NCBI GenBank assembly: GCA_026387335.1
Contig: JAPLLX010000003.1
Coordinates: 138,230-202,229, forward strand
From: Candidatus Omnitrophota bacterium
Lineage (GTDB): Bacteria; Omnitrophota; Gorgyraeia; Gygaellales; Profunditerraquicolaceae
Direction: 5' to 3'
Length of the DNA stretch: 64,000 nt
In this document: piece after piece, positions 1 to 8,931 of the stretch
Position numbering within the stretch: the stretch's first letter is position 1
Layout: the number at the start of each line of letters is the position of its first letter
Notes under the pieces: model-generated
What the model saw: the letters and a program-made list of their open reading frames with translations, nothing else
What the model was told of the DNA's origin: nothing
Databases searched by the model: none
Program-made: the position numbers and the translations under genes

Positions 1-941
1 GCGTAATTAGCAATATGCGCGGCTTCCAGCTTGCTTGCTCCGGAACATAACCCCAGGGTAAAAGTTGAAATCACCGTATCCCCGGCTCCGGATACATCAA
101 AAACCTCTTGGGCTACGGTGGGAATATGCGTTATTTTTTTTCCTTTCTGGAACAATTTCATCCCCTGTTCGCCCAGAGTGACCAATAGCGAGTCCAGCCC
201 TAAATATTCCAAAATCTGGCTTCCGGCGGCGTCAATATCCTTATCGGTAAATAATTTATCGCTATCCAGCTTTAATTTATTCTTATTATCCCGGATTTTT
301 AAATTCCTCACCGCGTTCTCCAGTTCCTTACGGTTAGGAGTAATAGAAGTGACCTGGCGATAGTATTGAAAATGGTCCTCTTTCGGGTCAACTGTCACAA
401 TCTTCTTATGCGCCTGAGCCAGTAAGATCACGCCTTCCAATAGCTGCGCGTTGATCACGCCCTTCCCGTAATCTTCAATGATTATAGCGTCAAAATCCTT
501 AATATTGCTTTTGATGAAGTTAAAGATTTTACGCGTTACGCCTTGAGGCAACGGTTCAATGTGTTCCCAGTCCACCCTGACCACCTGCTGATGCCCGGCG
601 ACTATCCGGGTTTTGACTGTTGTATACCTATTCGGCTCTACGAATATACCTTGGGTATTTATTTTATTCTTCTTTAACTGCGCAAGGAGCATGGCGGCAT
701 TCGCGTCGTTTCCGATGACCCCGGCTAAATATACATCCGCCTCATATGAACGTATATTGTTGGCCACATTCGCCGCCCCTCCCGGCACATGCGTGCGCTT
801 ATTTGCCCAGACTACCGGAACAGGCGCCTCAGGCGAAATCCTCTCCACCTTTCCCCAGATATATTCATCCAGGATAAGATCGCCGATAACCAATATCTTA
901 GGTCTATTCAACCTGTGGATTATATCTTTTAGGTTTTTCAT
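1..941 (-). CDS. rfaE1: D-glycero-beta-D-manno-heptose-7-phosphate kinase (RfaE domain I, PfkB family), truncated at the window edge
   Basis: Not in the ORF track; translated by hand from ATG at 941: MKNLKDIIHRLNRPKILVIGDLILDEYIWGKVERISPEAPVPVV...PGGAANVA...DYGKG...TPNRKE...VFDVSGAGDTV. ATGA overlap with the upstream gene. Confidence 0.92.
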   Translation of the reverse strand, partial: MKNLKDIIHRLNRPKILVIGDLILDEYIWGKVERISPEAPVPVVWANKRTHVPGGAANVANNIRSYEADVYLAGVIGNDANAAMLLAQLKKNKINTQGIFVEPNRYTTVKTRIVAGHQQVVRVDWEHIEPLPQGVTRKIFNFIKSNIKDFDAIIIEDYGKGVINAQLLEGVILLAQAHKKIVTVDPKEDHFQYYRQVTSITPNRKELENAVRNLKIRDNKNKLKLDSDKLFTDKDIDAAGSQILEYLGLDSLLVTLGEQGMKLFQKGKKITHIPTVAQEVFDVSGAGDTVISTFTLGLCSGASKLEAAHIANY

Positions 942-1867
942 AAATTCTCGATGACTGCCTGGGCTAAAAGCGGCAGCATTATTTCATGATGCCCGATTAT
1001 ATAATAACCTTTACCGGCTGACGCCGTCGGCCGCGTGACTACGTTCTGCGCTGCGCGATATTGGTAAATCATATCAAAATTAGCCGTAGTAAAACCTCTG
1101 ACATTATTGCCTAAATTACGGGCTAAATTCAGGGCCTTTAAGAATACCTCCGGCAGCATTACCGCTGAACCAAAATTTAAAACCACGCCCCCGTTATTTA
1201 AGGCGCGGATATTTTCAGCCAAGGTGTAAAAATCCGCTTGCGACCCCCTGCCGGTCAAACCGGCGTCAAACGAAGGATGCTGGTGGATTATATCTGTCCC
1301 GATACCGACAAAAACGCAAACCGGGACTTTGTATTTATAGGCATTAAATAACAGGCTTAGATTTTTATAGCGTAGCTGGGAATCAGCGATTTTGCGAGCG
1401 ACAGAATTCCCCAGGCCCAGGCCACTCTCAACGCCCTCAGCTACCGCGCAATTTATAAACTCGGCGGTCTCTTTACCCATCCCGAATTTGCCGGTTTTAA
1501 GATTGGCGGCGACATCTTCGGAGGTTTTGCCCTGAAAAGCGATCTCAAAATCATGGATTATGCCTGCGCCGTTTAAGGCTATACAGGTAATAACCTTATT
1601 TTTAATCAACTCAATTACTACCGGATTAAGCCCGCATTTAATCACATGCGCGCCAGCCATAAATATGACTGCTTTTCCCTTTTTACGGGCGCTGACCAGG
1701 TCTTTAACCAGGCAACGTAAATCCTTCGCCCTTAAGATATTAGGCAAAGAAGCATAAAAGGCCCGAAAGCCCTTATTTTTAGCCGGTGCCTGGGCAAAAT
1801 CCGCGGAATTCACCTTGCTCAAGCGCGACTTAACCGAATATGTCTTAACCTTGTTTATATTTATCAT
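938..1867 (-). CDS. Conserved hypothetical protein, deoxyhypusine-synthase-like fold
   Basis: 309 aa; motifs GAHVIKCGL, NGAGIIHDFE, IGTDIIH, GSAVMLPEVFLKAL and GHHEIMLPLL resemble DHS-like proteins. Confidence 0.65.
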   Translation of the reverse strand: MININKVKTYSVKSRLSKVNSADFAQAPAKNKGFRAFYASLPNILRAKDLRCLVKDLVSARKKGKAVIFMAGAHVIKCGLNPVVIELIKNKVITCIALNGAGIIHDFEIAFQGKTSEDVAANLKTGKFGMGKETAEFINCAVAEGVESGLGLGNSVARKIADSQLRYKNLSLLFNAYKYKVPVCVFVGIGTDIIHQHPSFDAGLTGRGSQADFYTLAENIRALNNGGVVLNFGSAVMLPEVFLKALNLARNLGNNVRGFTTANFDMIYQYRAAQNVVTRPTASAGKGYYIIGHHEIMLPLLAQAVIENL

Positions 1868-1879
1868 AATGAACTAATA

Positions 1880-1907
1880 ATTTTAGCATAATCCAGCGCT
1901 AAATCAA
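1880..1907 (-). promoter_or_regulatory. Putative sigma70 promoter (extended -10)
   Basis: Minus strand TTGATT-N16-TAAAAT with TG one base upstream of the -10 box, 12 nt before the ATG at 1867. Confidence 0.45.
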
Positions 1908-1923
1908 CTAAAAACTGCCAGTA

Positions 1924-3948
1924 TCATTTCAAAATTACATCCGCAGCAGCTACAACGTCTTCCACACTTATCGCCTTAAGACAGGCGAATTCTTTTTTAC
2001 AATTATGCGCCAGGCACTCAATACAGCCGGATTCCTTATGTAAAACCTTATCTTTTTTACCCAGCGGCCCCCAGCGCTTGGGGCTTAGGCCTGCCTGTTT
2101 TCTTCCGAATATAGAAATCACCGGCGTGCCCACGGCTGAGGCGATATGCACCGGCCCGGAATCATTGGAAATAAACAACCTGCATCTTTTTAATAAACTC
2201 GCTAATTGCGTTACGGAAGTCTTACCGGCCAGGTTTATTGGCGAAGAGCGCATATGTTTAACTAAATTATCGGCGAGCGTAAGGTCTTTGGGCCCGGCGA
2301 CGACTAAGACTTTAAACCCGTATTTCTGCGCAAGCTTTCCAGCGACCTCGGCAAAACGTTGCAGCGGCCAGATCTTAGAAGGACAGCTTGCCGCAGGATG
2401 AATAGCCAACAATTTATCCGTATCGCTTATCCCCTCTTGCGCAAAGATCTCGGCGACCCATTCCTCGGATTCCTTTTTTATAGGCATGAATAAATTTTTA
2501 TCCCGCGCTGCGATCCCTAGATACCTTAATAAATCTAAATTGTATTCTAATTCGTGTTTTTCGCCGAACTGTTTAGTATGTTTGACCCTGTCCGTAAGCA
2601 GGAATCCCAATTTCCGGTCATAACCGACTCTTCTAGGTATGCCGCTAAGAAAAGTTATCAGGTGCACGCGGTTAGTCGGATGTAAGATCAAACTCAAGTC
2701 AAATCTGTTTTTCTTTAATTCCTGTATAAATTTAGCTGAATGTAACCAACCCTTGTGTTCTAGTTCCTTATCTAAAATAACCACCTTATCCAGATAAGGA
2801 TTACCTTCAACAATATCTTTGGCATATCTAGAGACCATCATGGCGATATAGGCGCTGGGGTACTTATCTCTTAAGGCCTTGATCACCGGAGTAGATAAAA
2901 GCACATCGCCGATCCTATCTGTGCGCACGATAAGGATACGTTTAAAATCATCCTCTTTCCTGGTTATTCTTTCCTGGTTACCGGCGATCAATACAGCCTT
3001 GGCTGCCCTGAACACATCGTCTACTTTGACCAAAGATAAACATTCTAAAGTCCCGGATCCGCAGAGCGCCTTAGAGCAGGGCCGGCAATATATATCCTTT
3101 TTTACTACCAAAGAACCTTCTGACCAGGGAGCGTATTTTTCATCATCAGTTATCCCGAATATAGCTACGACCGGAATATCCATATAACTGGCGATATGTA
3201 AAGACGCGCTGTCATTACTGATTAAAAGGCTAGCTCTTTTTAATAGAAGAGCCAACTCATTCAAGGTAGTCTTTCCGCTTAAATCTAATATTGGAATTTT
3301 AGCGTGTTCCGCTATATACCGGTTTACCTGCGCATCTTCCTTATCTCCCGCCAAAATTATCCTTACCGGAAATTCCTTGGCCAGTTTTGAAATTAACTCC
3401 CCAAATTTTTCTTTATCCCAACGCTTGGTCTGGCTACGGGCTCCGGGGGCAATAACGATTAACTTATCGTTTTCTTTTATATTATTTTCTTGGAATAACC
3501 CAGCAACCCTCTTTTTATCCTCGGGGCTAAAATAAATTGACTTATCCGCGGTGTTGAGTTTAGCGCTTTTAAGAAATTTCCTGATTTTATACAGGTGCCT
3601 ATCTTTCATATGCCTTAGGCGCTTAGGAATTTTCAAGAATGGCGAAGTTTTACATTTTGCCTTAAGCAGCGCGCCAAAAAGGCTATTGCGTAAATCTACT
3701 ATAAGATCAAACTTTTCTTTCCTTAAAATATTAAATAACTTTAGCTTTTCCCGAAGCTTCATACGCTTATTGAAAGGAATAAATTTACTTATATAAGGAT
3801 TGCCTGCAAATATCCCGCTGGCCCTTTCTCCGGCGATTACCGTGATCTGCGCGCCGCTAAAATTATCACGCAAAGCATCCAGCGCCGGAAGGGTCAGGAT
3901 AACATCGCCGATATTACTTAAAGTAATGAAAAGGATTTTAGGCGCCAT
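1924..3948 (-). CDS. Tandem two-domain GT9 heptosyltransferase (WaaF-like x2)
   Basis: Two complete GT9 units: ILFITLSNIGDVILTLP...ISNDSASLHIA and ILIVRTDRIGDVLLSTP...ISNDSGPVHIA, each ending in a Cys-rich motif. Confidence 0.9.
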   Translation of the reverse strand: MAPKILFITLSNIGDVILTLPALDALRDNFSGAQITVIAGERASGIFAGNPYISKFIPFNKRMKLREKLKLFNILRKEKFDLIVDLRNSLFGALLKAKCKTSPFLKIPKRLRHMKDRHLYKIRKFLKSAKLNTADKSIYFSPEDKKRVAGLFQENNIKENDKLIVIAPGARSQTKRWDKEKFGELISKLAKEFPVRIILAGDKEDAQVNRYIAEHAKIPILDLSGKTTLNELALLLKRASLLISNDSASLHIASYMDIPVVAIFGITDDEKYAPWSEGSLVVKKDIYCRPCSKALCGSGTLECLSLVKVDDVFRAAKAVLIAGNQERITRKEDDFKRILIVRTDRIGDVLLSTPVIKALRDKYPSAYIAMMVSRYAKDIVEGNPYLDKVVILDKELEHKGWLHSAKFIQELKKNRFDLSLILHPTNRVHLITFLSGIPRRVGYDRKLGFLLTDRVKHTKQFGEKHELEYNLDLLRYLGIAARDKNLFMPIKKESEEWVAEIFAQEGISDTDKLLAIHPAASCPSKIWPLQRFAEVAGKLAQKYGFKVLVVAGPKDLTLADNLVKHMRSSPINLAGKTSVTQLASLLKRCRLFISNDSGPVHIASAVGTPVISIFGRKQAGLSPKRWGPLGKKDKVLHKESGCIECLAHNCKKEFACLKAISVEDVVAAADVILK

Positions 3949-3949
3949 A

Positions 3950-4969
3950 TTATTTTTTTATTTCCTTGAGCACATCATTCGGGGTAATGGCCTTCATGCA
4001 GCGGTTGTCTTTACAATTGACCTGGTAACAGGAAATTTTACAACCGACGTCTTTACGCAGGATGATTACGTTTTTTAACGGGTAGGGCCCGGTTACTTCC
4101 GGAGAGGTAGGGCCAAAAAGCGCGATTATTTTCTTGGCCCCCACGCTATTGGCAATGTGCATCGGCCCGGTATCGGCAGTAATGAAGAGGCTGACGATTT
4201 TGCTCAAGGCCCCCAGCTGTTTTATATTAAATACTCCGCAACCTATTATAGGCTTATGGATCATTTTATCCTGGATATGCGTAGCTAACGCTAAATCATT
4301 GGTTGAGCCGGAAATAATCACCTTGGCCCCGAAATCTTCTATCAGTTTATCCGCCAATTGCGCCCAATAATCTTTTGGCCAGCGTTTAGGCAGCCAGTTT
4401 CCTCCGGGGTTTATGATCACCATAAAATCTTCTTCGGCAACCGAATGCTTCTTTAAGAAAGCTTTTGCGAATTCTAAATCTTCATCGCTCACGAAGAATT
4501 CCGTATACCTGTCTTCTATCCTTAAGCCGGACTTTTCAATAATATCCAGGTAATAATCTATGCGATGCAGCGAATCTCTTTTCGGCGGGATAATTTTCTG
4601 GGTAAGCAGAAAAGCCCTTTTCTTGGTGTAATGACCTATTCTTTCGGGTATGCCGCTTAAGCGGCAGATCAAAGCCCGGCTAAACGACCTGTGTAACAGG
4701 AAAGCCACATCAAATTTTTTGGCCTTAAGGGTGCGCACAAAATCCAGCACCTTAAAAATACCCTTATGTCTGTCTTTTTCATCAAAGATGATTATCTCAT
4801 CCAGATGGGGATTGCCTTTTAAAACCGGATAGCAGCGGCTGGGGATAATACAGGCTATAAAACTCTGCGGGAAATTACGCCGCACATTCCTGATCAGGGC
4901 GGTAGAAAATAACACATCCCCCAGCCAGTTAACATTAAAAATAAGTATTCTCTTGTATTCCTGTTTCAT
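3950..4969 (-). CDS. waaF: Lipopolysaccharide heptosyltransferase II (GT9)
   Basis: NWLGDVLFST, INPGGNWLPKRWP, ITADTGPMHIA, LFGPTSP. Confidence 0.85.
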   Translation of the reverse strand: MKQEYKRILIFNVNWLGDVLFSTALIRNVRRNFPQSFIACIIPSRCYPVLKGNPHLDEIIIFDEKDRHKGIFKVLDFVRTLKAKKFDVAFLLHRSFSRALICRLSGIPERIGHYTKKRAFLLTQKIIPPKRDSLHRIDYYLDIIEKSGLRIEDRYTEFFVSDEDLEFAKAFLKKHSVAEEDFMVIINPGGNWLPKRWPKDYWAQLADKLIEDFGAKVIISGSTNDLALATHIQDKMIHKPIIGCGVFNIKQLGALSKIVSLFITADTGPMHIANSVGAKKIIALFGPTSPEVTGPYPLKNVIILRKDVGCKISCYQVNCKDNRCMKAITPNDVLKEIKK

Positions 4970-5760
4970 TATTTCTTCCGGTTTTCCCTTATAAGATTAT
5001 AATAGCCGCTGGTTTCTATCCAGAATATAAACAAATTAGCGCAATTTTGAGAGATCCTTAAGCGTTTAAGAGCGAATACATCATCATCGGGAATCTCTTT
5101 ACCCGGGTTAGTCGCTACTGCGATTTTATAACCGCTATCAATGACTATCTGCCTTATCTCTTTATTGAATCTTCCTGCCGGATAACAGAAAACATCTACC
5201 TTCCTGCCTAACTTAACCTCCAATACCTTTTTGGAATCCTGGATCTCCCTTCTGATATCCTCCCGCGAAGTTAAATCAATCAGATAGGGATGCCTAAAGG
5301 TATGGCTGCCGACGGTAACCAGACCCGATGCCTGCATAGCGTATATATCATCCCAGGAGACCATATCGCCTTCAGGCCGGCCTACTTCATCAATAATAAT
5401 AAACAGGGTCGCCGGGAATCCGTATTTCTTTAGTATAGGAAAAACATAGGTATAATTATCTTTGTAACCGTCATCAAAAGTTAAAACTATTGTATTAGCC
5501 GGGGCCTTCTTTTTATTCTTAATAATATCAGCCGCTTTTTCCAGAGTGATAACATTGTAATTATGTTCTTTTAAGAAACGCATCTGCCTGGCAAAGGCCT
5601 GCGGGGTTATCGCCAGGCGGTTATCTTTTTGAACATTAGGATTAATTGAGTGGTACATCGCGATAGGAATAACATATTTAGGCTGGATAAAATTAATAAA
5701 AGAGAATATTAAAACGCTTACAAAAACAACAGCAATGATTAATCTTTTACGCTTAAACAA
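4969..5760 (-). CDS. Polysaccharide deacetylase (CE4/NodB), N-terminal membrane anchor
   Basis: MYHSI, LTFDDGY, GSHTFRH and FCYPAG motifs. Confidence 0.9.
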   Translation of the reverse strand: MFKRKRLIIAVVFVSVLIFSFINFIQPKYVIPIAMYHSINPNVQKDNRLAITPQAFARQMRFLKEHNYNVITLEKAADIIKNKKKAPANTIVLTFDDGYKDNYTYVFPILKKYGFPATLFIIIDEVGRPEGDMVSWDDIYAMQASGLVTVGSHTFRHPYLIDLTSREDIRREIQDSKKVLEVKLGRKVDVFCYPAGRFNKEIRQIVIDSGYKIAVATNPGKEIPDDDVFALKRLRISQNCANLFIFWIETSGYYNLIRENRKK

Positions 5761-6842
5761 TTTAAGTACTCCTTTTCGGTTTCTAGAACCATCTTTTCTT
5801 GAGAAAAGTTATTTTGGATAAAATCCTGAGCCTCTTTTCCCAATTCCAGCCTCTTAGCCGGATCATTTAACAAAGTTAAAATTGCCTGCGCTAAAGCAGG
5901 GCTATCAGCAGGCTCAACCAACAATCCGTTGCGGCCGTCCTGGATTAAAGTTTTAATGCCCCCGACATTTGAGCCGATGACGGCCTTACCCGCAGCCATC
6001 GCCTCCATAAGGGCAAGTCCCAATCCTTCCTGAAGCGAAGGCATGACAAAAATATCCGTGACCGCTAAGGCGTCGGTGGTATCCGGGATCTCCGGGACAA
6101 AAAATACGCTTCTCTTGATCCCCAGATTATCAGTTAACCCGCTTAAATCTTTCTCGGTCTTACCGGTGCCCACAATAAGAAGGCTGGAGTCCGGGTATTC
6201 CCTTAAAACTATTTTCATCGCCTCGATGAGATATTTATGGCCTTTTACATCCGAAAGCCTGGCGATAATACTTATAACCGCTCCCGTATTTAACCCGAAT
6301 TTCTTCTTTATCTCTGCTTTCGGCTTAGAGGTTACCCTTTTAAACCGGTCAATATCTATCCCGTTATTGACCACGGCAATGACTTCTGCGGGAAGCTTAA
6401 AATCATCGATCAGATGCTCTTTTACCTGCTGGCTTATGGCAATGATCCCATCTCCCCAACAGGGAAAAATCCTGCGCAAAAATCTTCGCTTAAAAAAACC
6501 GTGGCAGGTAAAAATGTTTTTTACGCCGGTAAACTTTTTTAACCAACAGCCTAAAACCTGGGTGGTCCGGCTATGCGAATGTATAATATCGATCTTCTTT
6601 TCTCTTATTATAGCGGATAATTTAAATAAACTAAAAATTATCTTCGGGCTGATCTCTTTTTTAGTTTTTAGGGGAACGGGGATACTTATTATCCCGGCTT
6701 CCTTAAATTTAGAGCTAAGTTCTCCGCCGGAAGAAGCGATATATATATTATGCCCTCTTTTCTTTAACCCGCAAGCAAGAGTAAATACGTAACTGGTTAT
6801 GCCTCCGACATTAAGATGGTTGGTTATAAATAGGATATTCAT
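5739..6842 (-). CDS. Glycosyltransferase family 4
   Basis: NVGGIT, HSHSR, KGHKYL, PSLQEGLGLALMEAMAAG (EX7E motif). Confidence 0.9.
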   Translation of the reverse strand: MNILFITNHLNVGGITSYVFTLACGLKKRGHNIYIASSGGELSSKFKEAGIISIPVPLKTKKEISPKIIFSLFKLSAIIREKKIDIIHSHSRTTQVLGCWLKKFTGVKNIFTCHGFFKRRFLRRIFPCWGDGIIAISQQVKEHLIDDFKLPAEVIAVVNNGIDIDRFKRVTSKPKAEIKKKFGLNTGAVISIIARLSDVKGHKYLIEAMKIVLREYPDSSLLIVGTGKTEKDLSGLTDNLGIKRSVFFVPEIPDTTDALAVTDIFVMPSLQEGLGLALMEAMAAGKAVIGSNVGGIKTLIQDGRNGLLVEPADSPALAQAILTLLNDPAKRLELGKEAQDFIQNNFSQEKMVLETEKEYLNCLSVKD

Positions 6843-6843
6843 A

Positions 6844-8931
6844 TTACTTAAGTAATTTATCTATCGCTTCCAGCACTTCTTCAACTGTAATCAAATCCAT
6901 GCATTTCTTATGCCTGCATTTAGGCTTATAGCAGGGGCTGCAAGGCAGGTCTCTTTTAATGATCAGGTAATCCTTGGCCGGAGGCATATGCCTGGCCGGG
7001 TCAGTCGGACCAAAGAATGCGATCACCGGGGTATTTACAGCCGCCGCAATATGTAACGGCGAAGAGTCCGCTGAAATATACAATGAGCAGCGCCGAATAA
7101 GGCAGCTCAACTGATTAACGGTAGTCTTGCCGCAGGCATTGATGATTTTAGTATTCTTCACCATTAAAACTAAGGCATTGGCGCTAGACGCATCCGGTTC
7201 TGTTCCGGTAATCACTACGCGTATATTTCTTACCCCCAGCTCATCGCATAACCGGGCGATGCGGACTGTAGGCCAACACTTAGTAAGCCATTTTTTGCTG
7301 GCGTTAATATTTATTCCGATGATTTTCTGGTCAGCGCTTAACCACTCCCCGCTCAGCAAGTTTTCGATGTATTCTTCATCATCCTTGCTTGGCCACATCT
7401 CCAAACGATTATCCCGTAAATCTATCCCCAGCATTTTAAGCATCCGGAATTGATGGGTCACCGGGTCAATAGCGGGTTTCTCGTCTTTGATCCGGTGATT
7501 AAGGAGAAAACTGAATTTCTTATTGGCGTAGCCGTAACGCTGGACACTTAAAGAAAGAAAAGAAAGCAGGTGGCTTGAGCGGTTATTCTGCATATCAATG
7601 ACCAGGTCAAAATTCTTTTTTCTTAAAACCCGGGCCACGCCAAGCAAACCCCTTAGACCCTTATCTTTGTTCTTAAGGTCAACGACCAAGAGTTCGTCAA
7701 TATAAGGACACCTCAGCAAGACATCTTTAGATTCTTCTCCGACTAAGAAACTGATTTTATGATGCGGGAACCTCTCTCTTATTGCCCTTAAAGAAGGAGT
7801 AGATAAAATCACGTCTCCCAACGAACTTAACTTGATGATTAAAAGTTTAAAATTAGTCAGGGCGTCTTTATAGACATTCAACGTATTATTCACCATTAAC
7901 TCAACATTATATTTTTCTTTGACCTTCGTATACGCTGCCTCGGCCAGGCTGCGCGCCAGACTGGGGTCCTTAAATATTTTAATAACCGCTTCGGCCATAC
8001 TCTGGGGATCGCTGGGTGGAACCATCAACCCGGTGCGGCCATCTTCAATAATATCCACTACCCCTCCGACTTCGGTAGCGACTACCGGCACCCCGGCGGC
8101 CTGCGCCTCTATGATCACTCTTCCAAACGCTTCATGAGTCGTAGTCGCCAGAACAACCAAGTCCAAATTGGATAATATCTCCGGGATATTCCTTTGCGTG
8201 CCTAAAAACTCGGTGCAATGATTAAGCCCCAGCCTCCTGACTAAAACCTGTATTTGCTCTTTATAAGCCTGGCGGGAACTCGGCGCGTCGCCGACTATCC
8301 AGATTTTTATTGACGGCACTACCCTGGCCACCTTAGCCATAGCTTTAATAAAAAACAGGTGGCCCTTAAGCGGAGTGATCCTGCCGATAATGCCGATATT
8401 AAATTCTTTTCCCCGTTTTTTATCGGGGCTGGAATATTTAAATCTTTCCAAATCCACGCTGCGCGGAATGAGCCTTATACGCTCGTGGGGAACAGCGAAA
8501 TCTTCAATCATGTGCCGGGCGATTACGTTGCTTAAAACAATCACCCGTTTTGCCCAACCCATCACATAACTGAATAAATGTTTTTTGTAATAACCGTGGC
8601 AGGTAGTGATAAATACGGTTTTCGTCGAGCGGCAGGCAAAAAAAGCGATCCAGGCAGGCACCCGCGACCGGGCGTGCACAATATCTATCTCTTCTTTCTT
8701 GATGATTTCAACCAGTAAAGGAACGGTTTTGACCATAGAGAGAAGATTCTTTTTATGCACGGGGAGTTGATAATGTAGGCCGCCTAAGGCCTCTATGTCC
8801 TTGACCAGCGAGCCGCCGGCAGAGACCACAACCGCCTTATGCCCTAAGCGGACTAAATACTTGGCCAGATCCAGCGTCCCTGTCTCCACGCCGCCGACAT
8901 TAAGTTCAGGTAATATCTGGAGTATTTTCAT
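6844..8931 (-). CDS. GT4-GT9 glycosyltransferase fusion
   Basis: N-half is GT4 (GGVETGT, HARSR, EAFGRVIIEAQAAG); C-half is GT9 (IKLSSLGDVILSTP, ISADSSPLHIAAA, FGPTDP). Confidence 0.88.
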   Translation of the reverse strand: MKILQILPELNVGGVETGTLDLAKYLVRLGHKAVVVSAGGSLVKDIEALGGLHYQLPVHKKNLLSMVKTVPLLVEIIKKEEIDIVHARSRVPAWIAFFACRSTKTVFITTCHGYYKKHLFSYVMGWAKRVIVLSNVIARHMIEDFAVPHERIRLIPRSVDLERFKYSSPDKKRGKEFNIGIIGRITPLKGHLFFIKAMAKVARVVPSIKIWIVGDAPSSRQAYKEQIQVLVRRLGLNHCTEFLGTQRNIPEILSNLDLVVLATTTHEAFGRVIIEAQAAGVPVVATEVGGVVDIIEDGRTGLMVPPSDPQSMAEAVIKIFKDPSLARSLAEAAYTKVKEKYNVELMVNNTLNVYKDALTNFKLLIIKLSSLGDVILSTPSLRAIRERFPHHKISFLVGEESKDVLLRCPYIDELLVVDLKNKDKGLRGLLGVARVLRKKNFDLVIDMQNNRSSHLLSFLSLSVQRYGYANKKFSFLLNHRIKDEKPAIDPVTHQFRMLKMLGIDLRDNRLEMWPSKDDEEYIENLLSGEWLSADQKIIGININASKKWLTKCWPTVRIARLCDELGVRNIRVVITGTEPDASSANALVLMVKNTKIINACGKTTVNQLSCLIRRCSLYISADSSPLHIAAAVNTPVIAFFGPTDPARHMPPAKDYLIIKRDLPCSPCYKPKCRHKKCMDLITVEEVLEAIDKLLK

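Noticed and set aside
2954-2980. 13-bp direct duplication TCTTTCCTGGTTA in the GT9-GT9 linker
   Set aside because: There are only two copies in a flexible linker and the frame is intact; too little to call a contingency repeat.
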